Source: an uncultured Alphaproteobacteria bacterium (GTDB lineage: Bacteria; Pseudomonadota; Alphaproteobacteria; JAAXGF01). From it: a stretch of DNA of 61,287 bases. The stretch is taken from the NCBI GenBank assembly GCA_964475385.1, contig CAYYWV010000001.1:1-61287 (forward strand). The letters run 5' to 3'. Below the pieces are notes generated by a model, which made no database searches, was not told where the DNA came from, and worked only from the letters and a program-made list of their open reading frames with translations. Below are positions 1 through 8,008 of the stretch, in pieces (position 1 is the first letter of the stretch; the number at the start of each line of letters is the position of its first letter). The position numbers and the translations under genes are program-made.

Positions 1-1
1 G

Positions 2-718
2 GGCGACGTGCGGCGGGTGTTCTGGATCGCCGTCGTTCCGGCGGCGCTCGCGGTCGTCGTGCTGTGGACGCTGGTCCGCGAGCCGGCCCGGCCGCGACGC
101 GCGGAACCGCGCGACGAGGCCGACCGCGTTTCCTTGCGGCTCGCCGAGCTCGGCGATTTTCCCGCCGTCTTCTGGATCGTGCTCGGCGTCGGCGTCCTGC
201 TCGCGCTCGCCCGGTTCAGCGAGGCGTTTCTCCTTTTGCGCGCGAACGACGTCGGGCTCGGGGCCGGGCTGGTGCCGCTCGCGCTCGTGGTGATGAACGT
301 CGCCTACGCCGCTTCGTCCTATCCGGCGGGCGCGCTCTCCGACCGCATGGGGCGGCGCGGCATCCTCGCTCTCGGCGTCGCGCTTCTGATCGCCGCCGAT
401 ACCGCGCTCGCGCTCGCCGGCGGTCTCGGCGCGGTGGCGCTCGGCGTGGCGCTCTGGGGGCTGCACATGGGGCTCAGCCAGGGCCTGGTCGCGGCGCTGG
501 TCGCCGATGCGGCGCCGCTTGCGCGACGGGGCGCGGCATTCGGCCTTTACAACCTTGCGAGCGGGCTTGCGCTGTTCGTCGCGAGCGCCATGGCCGGGCT
601 TCTGTGGGATCGCGTCGGCCCGGCGGCCACCTTCACGATTGGCGGCGCGGTCGCGGCCGCGACGCTGGCCTCGCTTGCCGCGCTGCCCCGCTCGCCCGAA
701 TCGAACGACCCCGGCTGA
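2..718 (+). CDS. MFS-type transporter, C-terminal portion (5' end lies outside the window)
   Basis: The frame of ORF 8..718 is open to the window edge. The product is a run of hydrophobic helices with a cytoplasmic loop SDRMGRRG resembling the MFS motif-A-like loop. Confidence 0.55.
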   Translation, partial: GDVRRVFWIAVVPAALAVVVLWTLVREPARPRRAEPRDEADRVSLRLAELGDFPAVFWIVLGVGVLLALARFSEAFLLLRANDVGLGAGLVPLALVVMNVAYAASSYPAGALSDRMGRRGILALGVALLIAADTALALAGGLGAVALGVALWGLHMGLSQGLVAALVADAAPLARRGAAFGLYNLASGLALFVASAMAGLLWDRVGPAATFTIGGAVAAATLASLAALPRSPESNDPG

Positions 719-805
719 GCCAAGGGCCCTTTCGCCGCCGCCTTGTCCTATGGCCCGCTTTGTCGCGCGATGCGGGGATAAGACGAAAAAAAACGTGTGG
801 ATACC

Positions 806-836
806 TTGACCTTCCAGTAAAGGGAATGTCTATATC
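806..836 (+). promoter_or_regulatory. MerR/CueR-type promoter: TTGACC, 19-bp spacer, TATATC, with an imperfect dyad ACCTTCC-N7-GGAATGT
   Basis: Read directly: ttgacc (806-811), ttccagtaaagggaatgtc (19 nt), tatatc (831-836). An overlong 19-bp spacer with a dyad overlapping the -35 box is the hallmark of MerR-family (CueR/HmrR) operators. It lies about 140 nt upstream of the Met-rich ORF. Confidence 0.5.
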
Positions 837-977
837 TCCGCGTGGCGACGGCCCTTGTTCTAATGTCGGTTCCGATGCTGGCGCGGTTCAGGGATCAACC
901 GCGACGAACCGGCCCCGGCGGACCGCCGAGCGCAATGCAAGAGATGCTTGGCGGATGCGAAGGAGGCCATAGAGAGG

Positions 978-1292
978 ATGCGCAAGATGTCGAAAAGCAA
1001 TAAGATTGCCGTAGCAGCGGTCGCAGCTCTGCTCATGGCCACGCCGACCGTTTACGCCAATGCGCATGGCGCCGGTTCGGAGGCCGCCCAGCCCGGCGCG
1101 ATGCAAGGCGGTCAGGGCGCTATGATGCAGGACAGCCAGCCCGGCGCGATGCAAGGCGGCCAGCGCGGCATGGGAATGATGAACATGATGGCCCAGATGA
1201 ACCAGATGATGGCCGCCTGCGCCCAGATGATGAAGACCATGAGTGAGCATTTCGAGAAGGAGGCCGCCCCCGACGCGGGCACGACCAACTAA
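978..1292 (+). CDS. Small secreted methionine-rich protein (putative periplasmic Cu(I)/metal-binding or Met-sacrificial protein)
   Basis: ATG at 978 follows AAGGAGG/GAGAGG; the track start at 948 is TTG. Signal peptide MRKMSKSNKIAVAAVAALLMATPTVYA. The mature 77 aa contain 15 Met (MGMMNMMAQMNQMM, AQMMKTM), two QPGAMQGGQ repeats and His residues. Confidence 0.6.
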   Translation: MRKMSKSNKIAVAAVAALLMATPTVYANAHGAGSEAAQPGAMQGGQGAMMQDSQPGAMQGGQRGMGMMNMMAQMNQMMAACAQMMKTMSEHFEKEAAPDAGTTN

Positions 1293-1430
1293 CGGTCTTG
1301 TCCGGCGATAGCGCGCTCTTGAGGGCGGTTTTCTGTCTTTCGTGGGCGGTGTGACCGCTACTGTGGGGTTGCGCGATCGCCGCTTCCGACGCTAGCCCCG
1401 GAAAGAGCAAACTCTGGGAAGGAAAGACCC

Positions 1431-2057
1431 ATGTCCACTCCCGGATCAACCGAAGCAGGGCCCTCCGTAAAGGCGACGCCAGGCGGCCCCGATACCGATG
1501 AGGCCCGAGGCCTGTGGGGGCTCTTGCGGCGCGGAGGCTATCTGCTTCCGGTCATCGTTTTTATCGGGATCGGCATTGCTTTTGCGGTCGGGCTCACGCT
1601 CAGGCCCGATATCATTCCTTCGGCGCTGATCGGCAAACCGGTTCCAGAATTCTCGTTGCCGCCGGTCAAGGGCCGCACGCTCGGGTTGTCGTCCGCCGAT
1701 CTCAAGGGCCAGGTCTCGGTGGTCAATGTGTTCGCGTCCTGGTGCACCGAATGCCGCGTAGAGCACCCGATTCTGATGAAGTTCGCCGAATCGGGCATTG
1801 CGCCTCTCTACGGGATTAATTACAAGGATCGCCCCGACGATGCGGCGAATTGGCTCGACCGAATGGGCGACCCCTATACGCGCACGGGCGCCGACATTCA
1901 GGGCCGCGTCGCCATCGAGTGGGGCGTCTACGGCGTGCCCGAGACCTTTGTGGTCGATCGCGAAGGCCGCATCGCTTACAAACACATCGGAGCGTTATCG
2001 TCCAAGCTCATGCGCGAGGAAGTTGTCCCCCTGATTGAACGGCTGAAAAAGCAATGA
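1431..2057 (+). CDS. Membrane-anchored periplasmic thiol:disulfide oxidoreductase, DsbE/CcmG/TlpA family
   Basis: N-terminal TM anchor. Thioredoxin motif VFASWCTECRVEH (WCxxC). GVYGVPETFVVDREGRIAYKHIG is typical of CcmG/DsbE. Confidence 0.85.
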   Translation: MSTPGSTEAGPSVKATPGGPDTDEARGLWGLLRRGGYLLPVIVFIGIGIAFAVGLTLRPDIIPSALIGKPVPEFSLPPVKGRTLGLSSADLKGQVSVVNVFASWCTECRVEHPILMKFAESGIAPLYGINYKDRPDDAANWLDRMGDPYTRTGADIQGRVAIEWGVYGVPETFVVDREGRIAYKHIGALSSKLMREEVVPLIERLKKQ

Positions 2058-3313
2058 CCGGGGCGCAGCTTCTTCGCCGCGCGGGGCGGACGGGCGCCGC
2101 CGCCCTTGTGGCTGCGGTCGTTTCGACTGCGCCCGCCGTCGCCGAAGCGCCGATCCTGATCGACGAGATGCCCCCCGTGCACCGCATCGCGCTCGATCCC
2201 GGTGCGTCGGATCGGTTGATCGTCGCCACCCACGCAGGGCTCTATCGCGCCGCCGCCGATGGCAGCGCCCGCCTTGTCAGCGAGGCGGGCGAGGATCTGA
2301 TCTCTCTTGCCCCTGTTCCAGGAGCCTCCGGCGCGTTTGTCGCGGGCGGGCGCTCGGCGCTCGGCGAAAACCTTGGTCTTCTTCGTTCGGACGACGGCGG
2401 CCAGACCTGGACGCGCGTCGGCGATGGGGCCAAGGGGCCAGCCGCCTTTTACGCGCTCGACGTGAGCCCCGCCGATTCCAAGACCATCTATGGTCTCGGC
2501 CTCAAGCAAGGCTTTCAGGCGAGCCATGACGGCGGCCGGACCTGGAGCGCGTATACCGTTCCGACCGGGCCCGTTTATGATATCGCGGCCTCGACCGTTG
2601 ACCCGGCGCGCGTGTACGCGGCGACGCGCAACGGCCTGATGGTCAGTCGCGACGGCGGCGAGACCTGGCAAGCGGCGTATCCGCGCCCGCGTCGGCCGGC
2701 GACGGCCGTAGAGGTCGCGCCCGATGGACGGCTTTACGCCTTTGTCTGGCGCGAGGGCCTCGTCATGGCCAAGGACGAGGCCGAGGATGGGGCGCTGTCC
2801 TGGACGGTGGTTGCGAACGATTTCGTGGATCGTTTGCTGATTGACATCGCGGCCGACCCGGCGCGGCCCCAGTGGATCTATGGGCTCGCCGATACGGGGG
2901 CCCTCATGGCGAGCGATGACGGCGGGCGTTCCTGGACGACCTTCGAAGGGAGCGGCGCGGGGCGCAAGGCCGCGATCGCGCGCGGCGAGGCTCTCTACCG
3001 CGATACCTGCCAGGCTTGCCATGGCGTGCGCGCCGTGGGAGAGCGGCCCGACGACATGTACGCCAGGGACGAGTTCGGTTTTGTCGCGCCTCCTCTCGAT
3101 AATTCGGCCCACGGCTGGCATCACTCGGACAGCGACCTGGTTGCGACGATCCTCAACGGGTCGCCGCGCAACGAGCGCATGCGGGGCTGGAAGGACGAGA
3201 TGACCGAGGCTCAGGCGCGGGATATCGTCGCCTATATCAAGAGCCTGTGGAACTTTCGCAGCCTTGCCTGCCAAGGCCCGCGCCATATGATCTGTAACCA
3301 GCAGCAGCAGTAG
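2054..3313 (+). CDS. Secreted BNR/Asp-box beta-propeller protein fused to a C-terminal class I cytochrome c domain
   Basis: Signal peptide. Four SxDxGxTW boxes (SDDGGQTW, SHDGGRTW, SRDGGETW, SDDGGRSW). C-terminal CQACHG heme motif with a downstream Met. The start overlaps the DsbE stop (ATGA). Confidence 0.75.
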   Translation: MTGAQLLRRAGRTGAAALVAAVVSTAPAVAEAPILIDEMPPVHRIALDPGASDRLIVATHAGLYRAAADGSARLVSEAGEDLISLAPVPGASGAFVAGGRSALGENLGLLRSDDGGQTWTRVGDGAKGPAAFYALDVSPADSKTIYGLGLKQGFQASHDGGRTWSAYTVPTGPVYDIAASTVDPARVYAATRNGLMVSRDGGETWQAAYPRPRRPATAVEVAPDGRLYAFVWREGLVMAKDEAEDGALSWTVVANDFVDRLLIDIAADPARPQWIYGLADTGALMASDDGGRSWTTFEGSGAGRKAAIARGEALYRDTCQACHGVRAVGERPDDMYARDEFGFVAPPLDNSAHGWHHSDSDLVATILNGSPRNERMRGWKDEMTEAQARDIVAYIKSLWNFRSLACQGPRHMICNQQQQ

Positions 3314-3360
3314 CGGGCCGCGAGCCGAGCCGCAGCATAAGCCGAGACGCAGGGTGAGCG

Positions 3361-4104
3361 ATGCTTGAAATAGCCGGCGTGAGTGGCGCGATGGCGTTTC
3401 TCGCCGGCGTCGTGTCTTTTCTTTCGCCCTGCGTCCTTCCGCTCGTTCCGGGCTATCTCGCTTATGTCGCGGGAGAATCGCTCGATGATCTCGTAGGCGG
3501 CGCCTCTGCGCGGGCGCGCGCCTCGGCGGCGGGGCTTGGGCTCTGCTTCGTGATCGGCTTCTCGGTGGTGTTCGTTGCGCTCGGGGCGAGCGCTTCGGTG
3601 TTGGGGCGCGTTCTGCTCTCTTTCCGCTACGAGGCCAACATCGCCGCGGGGGTGATCGTCATCCTGTTCGGTTTGGTGCTCGCCGGCGCGTTGCGGATTC
3701 CCGGGCTTGATCGCGAATTCCGTTTCGCTACCCGGGCGAAGGGAGGACGCCCGGTCGGCGCCTTCGTGTTGGGGACCGCCTTCGCTTTCGGCTGGACCCC
3801 GTGCATCGGCCCTATCTTGGGCACGATTCTCACCATCGGTGCGACCACGGCGAGCGTAAGCCAAGGCGCGCTGTTGCTTGCAATCTACGCTTCGGGGCTT
3901 GCGGTTCCCTTCTTGCTGGTCGCTCTGTTCACGGGCAGTTTCGTAGCGCGTTTGCCAAAGTTGCGGAAACTCGGCCGGCCGCTTCAGGTCGGCGCCGGCG
4001 GGCTGATGGTGGTGATGGGAGTCGCCATCATCACAGGGTATCTCTCGACCTTCGGCTTCTGGCTTCTCGACACCTTCCCGATCCTTAACACCGTCCTCCT
4101 CTAA
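3361..4104 (+). CDS. ccdA: Cytochrome c biogenesis / thiol-reductant transporter, CcdA (DsbD-core) family
   Basis: Six TM helices. The two conserved Cys are in [14 protein letters not shown] and [11 protein letters not shown]. Confidence 0.85.
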   Translation: MLEIAGVSGAMAFLAGVVSFLSPCVLPLVPGYLAYVAGESLDDLVGGASARARASAAGLGLCFVIGFSVVFVALGASASVLGRVLLSFRYEANIAAGVIVILFGLVLAGALRIPGLDREFRFATRAKGGRPVGAFVLGTAFAFGWTPCIGPILGTILTIGATTASVSQGALLLAIYASGLAVPFLLVALFTGSFVARLPKLRKLGRPLQVGAGGLMVVMGVAIITGYLSTFGFWLLDTFPILNTVLL

Positions 4105-4199
4105 GCGCGTTTCCGCGATTGACGCCGGCCCCTCCTTTGCCCGACGATCCGACGGGTCGGGCGACCGCGCAGACCGGACAAGGGAAGGGCTCGGACGAG

Positions 4200-5102
4200 A
4201 TGAACAGAGAGGTCATCATCACCTGTGCGGTGACCGGCAGCGCCGACACCGTAGGCAAGCACCCGGCGATCCCGGTGACGCCCGAAGAGATCGCCGCCGC
4301 CGCCATCGACGCGGCCAAGGCCGGGGCGGCGATCGCCCATATCCACGTCCGCGATCCCGAGACCGGACAGACGAGCCGCGATCCCTCTCTGTTTCGCGAG
4401 GTGGTCGCCCGGCTGCGCGAGTCCGAAACCGATATCATCATCAACCTGACGACCGGAAGCGGGGGGCGCTGGATGCCCGGCGCCGACGACCCCATCGTCG
4501 GCGATCCGGCGAGCACGCTCGCGCGTCCCGAGGAGCGCGTCGCCCATGTCGAGGAGCTCCTGCCCGAGATTTGCAGCCTCGACTGCGCGACCCTCAACTT
4601 CGGCGAGCAGGTGTTCGTGAACACGCCGGCGCATCTTCGCGTCATGGCGCGGCGTATCCGCGATTGCGGCGTCAAGCCCGAGCTCGAGGTGTTCGACGCC
4701 GGCCATGTCCGGCTCGCCTGTCGCCTGATCGAAGAAGGGTTGATCGAACGTCCGCCGCTGTTCCAGATCTGTCTCGGCATTCCGTGGGGCGCGCCGGCCG
4801 AGACTCGGGTCATGACCATGCTTCGCGATCTTCTGCCGACGGATGCGATCTGGGCGGGCTTTGGGATCTCGCGCATGGAGATGCCGATGGTCGCGCAAGC
4901 CGTGTTGCTCGGCGGCCATGTGCGCGTCGGGCTCGAGGACAACCTCTATCTCGATCGTGGGGTGTTCGCGTCCAACGCTCAGCTCGTCGAACGCGCGGTC
5001 GAGATCGTCGAGCGGCTGGGGGCGCGGGTGGTCGGCCCGGCCGAGGCGCGCGAGATCCTCGGCCTTTCCCCGCGCGAAGCGACGACCGTTCAAGAGGGAT
5101 AG
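4200..5102 (+). CDS. Beta-keto acid cleavage enzyme (BKACE / 3-keto-5-aminohexanoate cleavage, DUF849) family
   Basis: [53 protein letters not shown] is the typical BKACE N-terminus. The start is trimmed to the ATG at 4200, behind GGGAAGGG. Confidence 0.75.
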   Translation: MNREVIITCAVTGSADTVGKHPAIPVTPEEIAAAAIDAAKAGAAIAHIHVRDPETGQTSRDPSLFREVVARLRESETDIIINLTTGSGGRWMPGADDPIVGDPASTLARPEERVAHVEELLPEICSLDCATLNFGEQVFVNTPAHLRVMARRIRDCGVKPELEVFDAGHVRLACRLIEEGLIERPPLFQICLGIPWGAPAETRVMTMLRDLLPTDAIWAGFGISRMEMPMVAQAVLLGGHVRVGLEDNLYLDRGVFASNAQLVERAVEIVERLGARVVGPAEAREILGLSPREATTVQEG

Positions 5103-5103
5103 C

Positions 5104-6039
5104 ATGACGATGCGCGCCGTGTTCGTCGACTGCCCGCCGTTTCTGGCGGACCTGTACTCGCCCGAGCTGCAAGCGATCGTTCCCGGGCTCGAGGTCAACG
5201 TCGGCGATTCGGACGCCGAAAAGACCATCGCCCTTCTCGACGGCGCGGTCGCGGCGCTTAACGACCATTGCTATATGCCCGGAGACGTGCTCGCCGCCTG
5301 CCCGAGCCTCAAGGTCATCGTCTTCATGGGAACCGGCGCATCGAGCTACATCGACCTTGCGGCCGCCCGGCGGCTGGGGATTCGCGTGCGGACGTTTTCG
5401 GGCTACGGCGACCGTTCGATCGCCGAGCACGCGCTTGCGCTCATGTTCGCCGCCGGCCGTCAGATCGCGCGGATGGACCGCGGCATCCGCGCCGGCGATT
5501 GGGTGGTGCGCGACGGCATCGAGTTCGCGGGCAAGACGCTGGGCGTCGTCGGCGTAGGCGGGATCGGGCGCGAGATGGTCCGGCTCGGCGCGGCGCTCGG
5601 CATGGACGTGATCGCGTGGAACCGCTCGGGCGTGCCCGAAGACCTGCCGTGTCGCGCGGTTGGGCTCGACGATCTGCTCGCGCGCGCGGATGTGGTCTCG
5701 CTTCACCTCGCGCTCAACGAGGAGACCGAGGGCATCATCGACCGCCGTCGCATCGGGCTGATGCGCAAGACCGCGATCCTCGTCAACACCGCGCGCGGCG
5801 CTCTGGTGGACGAGGCGGCGCTCGCCGAAGCGCTCGCCGCGGGCGCGATCCGCCACGCCGCCCTCGACGTTTTCGGCGAGGAGCCGCTCGCCCTCGACCA
5901 TCCGTTCTGTCGGCTCGACAACGTGACGCTTTCGGCGCACGCCGCCTTCATGACCGCCGAGGCCTCGGTCCGGCTGTGGCGACGCGCGCTCGGCATCCTC
6001 AAGGAGGAGCTCGCCGTTCTCGCCGCGGCTGACGGATAG
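5104..6039 (+). CDS. D-isomer-specific 2-hydroxyacid dehydrogenase family, NAD-binding
   Basis: Rossmann motif GVVGVGGIGREM. NTARG, and an HxA-type catalytic His near the C-terminus (LSAHAAF). The ATG lies 1 nt after the BKACE stop. Confidence 0.8.
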   Translation: MTMRAVFVDCPPFLADLYSPELQAIVPGLEVNVGDSDAEKTIALLDGAVAALNDHCYMPGDVLAACPSLKVIVFMGTGASSYIDLAAARRLGIRVRTFSGYGDRSIAEHALALMFAAGRQIARMDRGIRAGDWVVRDGIEFAGKTLGVVGVGGIGREMVRLGAALGMDVIAWNRSGVPEDLPCRAVGLDDLLARADVVSLHLALNEETEGIIDRRRIGLMRKTAILVNTARGALVDEAALAEALAAGAIRHAALDVFGEEPLALDHPFCRLDNVTLSAHAAFMTAEASVRLWRRALGILKEELAVLAAADG

Positions 6040-6054
6040 GGCAGCCGCCGCGCG

Positions 6055-6079
6055 GCGGCCTCCGATGGTCGGAGGCCGC
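6055..6079 (+). terminator. Perfect 11-bp stem / 3-nt loop hairpin after the dehydrogenase gene
   Basis: gcggcctccga-tgg-tcggaggccgc, followed by an A/T-rich stretch (cacaaaaaattt). Confidence 0.5.
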
Positions 6080-6265
6080 GGAGTTCACAAAAAATTTACC
6101 TTAGAGCCTTTCCACGAAAGATTGGGCCGACGCCGGTTCGTCTGCGCGCTCGCCGGCTGTTTGACGCCTTTAATTCCGCGCCTGCGCGCCTGTGCTGAGG
6201 CGCAGGCGGCTGCTTGCCCAGAGGCCCTTACGGCGCTTCCGAAAGCCCGAGTTATGGGCATTGTC

Positions 6266-6282
6266 TTGTATACCAGATATGG
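6266..6282 (+). promoter_or_regulatory. GntR/FadR-type operator candidate TTGTATACCAGATATGG upstream of tctC
   Basis: Palindromic GTATAC core inside TTGTATACCA. 15 of 17 nt are identical to a second copy at 9632-9648. It lies about 125 nt upstream of the tctC start. Confidence 0.45.
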
Positions 6283-6406
6283 CATATCGTATTTGCGGTA
6301 CCGGACAGGGTCCGCCCAAGGGGGAATGGCGGCGGCTCGACCGGTCGCCGGCGACCCGGGAAGGCGAGGGCTCAGGCGTCCGGTATCGTCAAGCAGGGAG
6401 GAAAAG

Positions 6407-7399
6407 ATGGACCTCGCACGCAGAACAGTGGTCACCGGGTTTGGCGCGTTGGCGATGCTGGCGCTTGGGTTTTCGGCCGCGCCAACGGCGGCCGTCGCAG
6501 GCTGGCAGCCGCAGAAACCCGTCGAGTTCATCATCATGGCCGGCCAAGGCGGCGGCGCCGACCGGCTCGCCCGTCTGATCCAAAGCATCATCGAAAAGAA
6601 CAAGCTTTCGCCCCAGCCGTTCATTCCGATCAACAAGCCGGGCGGCTCGGGCGCCGAAGCGCTGCGCTATCTCAAGGACAATGCGGGCAACCCGCACATC
6701 ATCATGGCGACGCTGAACAGCTACTACACGACGCCGTTGCGCAACCCCGGGCTTGGCGTCGACATCGCCGAGTTCACGCCGATCGCGCGGCTTGCGGAAG
6801 ACACCTTCCTTCTCTGGGTGAACGCCGACACCGACATCAAGACGGTCGACGATTTCGTCGCCGCGGTGAAAAAGGCCGGTCCCAAGAACTGGATCATGGG
6901 CGGCACCGGCAAGGGGCAGGAGGATTCGCTGGTCACCGCCATGCTCGAGAAGGCCTACGGGATCAGCATGACCTACGTGCCGTTCAAGGGCGGCGGAACC
7001 GTGGCCAAGAACCTGATCGGCAAACATATCAACTCGACCGTCAACAACCCATCCGAGCAGATCGGCTTCTACCAGGCCGGAAAGTCGCGGCCGTTGGCCG
7101 CTTTCACGCCCGAGCGGCTCGACGCCTTTCCGGACGTGCCCACCTTCCGCGAGCTCGGCAAAGACCTCGTCTACTTCATGCAGCGCAGCATCGTCGCGCC
7201 GCCTGACATGCCCAAGGAGGCCCAGGCCTTTTATGTGGACCTGTTCCGCAAGGTCTACGATTCGGACGAGTGGGTCTCGTACTCGAAGAAGAAGTCGCTC
7301 AAGCGCGCCTGGCTTACGGGCGATGCGCTCACCCAGTATTTCCTCGCCGAGCGCGAGAAGCACCGGGCGTTGCTCAAAGCGATGGGCGAGATCAAGTAG
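6407..7399 (+). CDS. tctC: Tripartite tricarboxylate transporter substrate-binding protein (Bug/TctC family)
   Basis: Signal peptide MDLARRTVVTGFGALAMLALGFSAAPTAAVA. Bug-family body (PVEFIIMAGQGGGAD, VPFKGGG). It is followed by tctB and tctA. The upstream 114 codons of the track ORF look non-coding. Confidence 0.85.
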   Translation: MDLARRTVVTGFGALAMLALGFSAAPTAAVAGWQPQKPVEFIIMAGQGGGADRLARLIQSIIEKNKLSPQPFIPINKPGGSGAEALRYLKDNAGNPHIIMATLNSYYTTPLRNPGLGVDIAEFTPIARLAEDTFLLWVNADTDIKTVDDFVAAVKKAGPKNWIMGGTGKGQEDSLVTAMLEKAYGISMTYVPFKGGGTVAKNLIGKHINSTVNNPSEQIGFYQAGKSRPLAAFTPERLDAFPDVPTFRELGKDLVYFMQRSIVAPPDMPKEAQAFYVDLFRKVYDSDEWVSYSKKKSLKRAWLTGDALTQYFLAEREKHRALLKAMGEIK

Positions 7400-7450
7400 G
7401 CCGCCGCGGGCGAGCGACAAGAGCGGGCGTAAAGCGAGGAGGCTGGCGGC

Positions 7451-7948
7451 ATGCGCAGGGCCGAGCTGGTCACCGCCGCGGTGCTTGCGGTCTTCTCGCT
7501 CTACCTTATGTGGAAGAGCGCCGAGCTGCCCATCGGCTGGATTCCCGACGAAGGACCGGGGGGCGGCGCGTTCCCGTTCTGGCTTTCGGTTGGAATGCTG
7601 GTGTGCAGCGTGGTGATCTTTTATCGCGCGCTGAAAGGGCAGACCCCGGCTTCCGTCTCGACCGAGCCGTTCATGGACGGCCCCGGGCTCAAGCTCTTTC
7701 TGGTCGCGGCGGGCTCGCTCACCGTCATGATCGGGCTCATTCAGGTGGTCGGCGTCTATGTCGCGGTGCCCCTGTTCCTCGTCTTTTACGTCCGCGTGTT
7801 CGGAGGGCATTCGTGGCTGACCGCCGGGTTGCTCGCTCTCGCGACCCCGGTGGTCACCTTCTTCTTCTTCGAGATCGGGCTCAAGATCCTGCTGCCTAAA
7901 GGCGTGACCGAGCCCTTGTTCTACCCGCTCTTCCAGTACTTCCTCTGA
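7451..7948 (+). CDS. tctB: Tripartite tricarboxylate transporter small membrane subunit (TctB family)
   Basis: A 165-aa four-helix membrane protein located between tctC and tctA. Confidence 0.75.
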   Translation: MRRAELVTAAVLAVFSLYLMWKSAELPIGWIPDEGPGGGAFPFWLSVGMLVCSVVIFYRALKGQTPASVSTEPFMDGPGLKLFLVAAGSLTVMIGLIQVVGVYVAVPLFLVFYVRVFGGHSWLTAGLLALATPVVTFFFFEIGLKILLPKGVTEPLFYPLFQYFL

Positions 7949-8008
7949 CGCCGTTTCGGCGCTCTGGCGGTTCGGGTTCGGCGGAGGAAGCAGGAGCGAC
8001 TGGAAACG

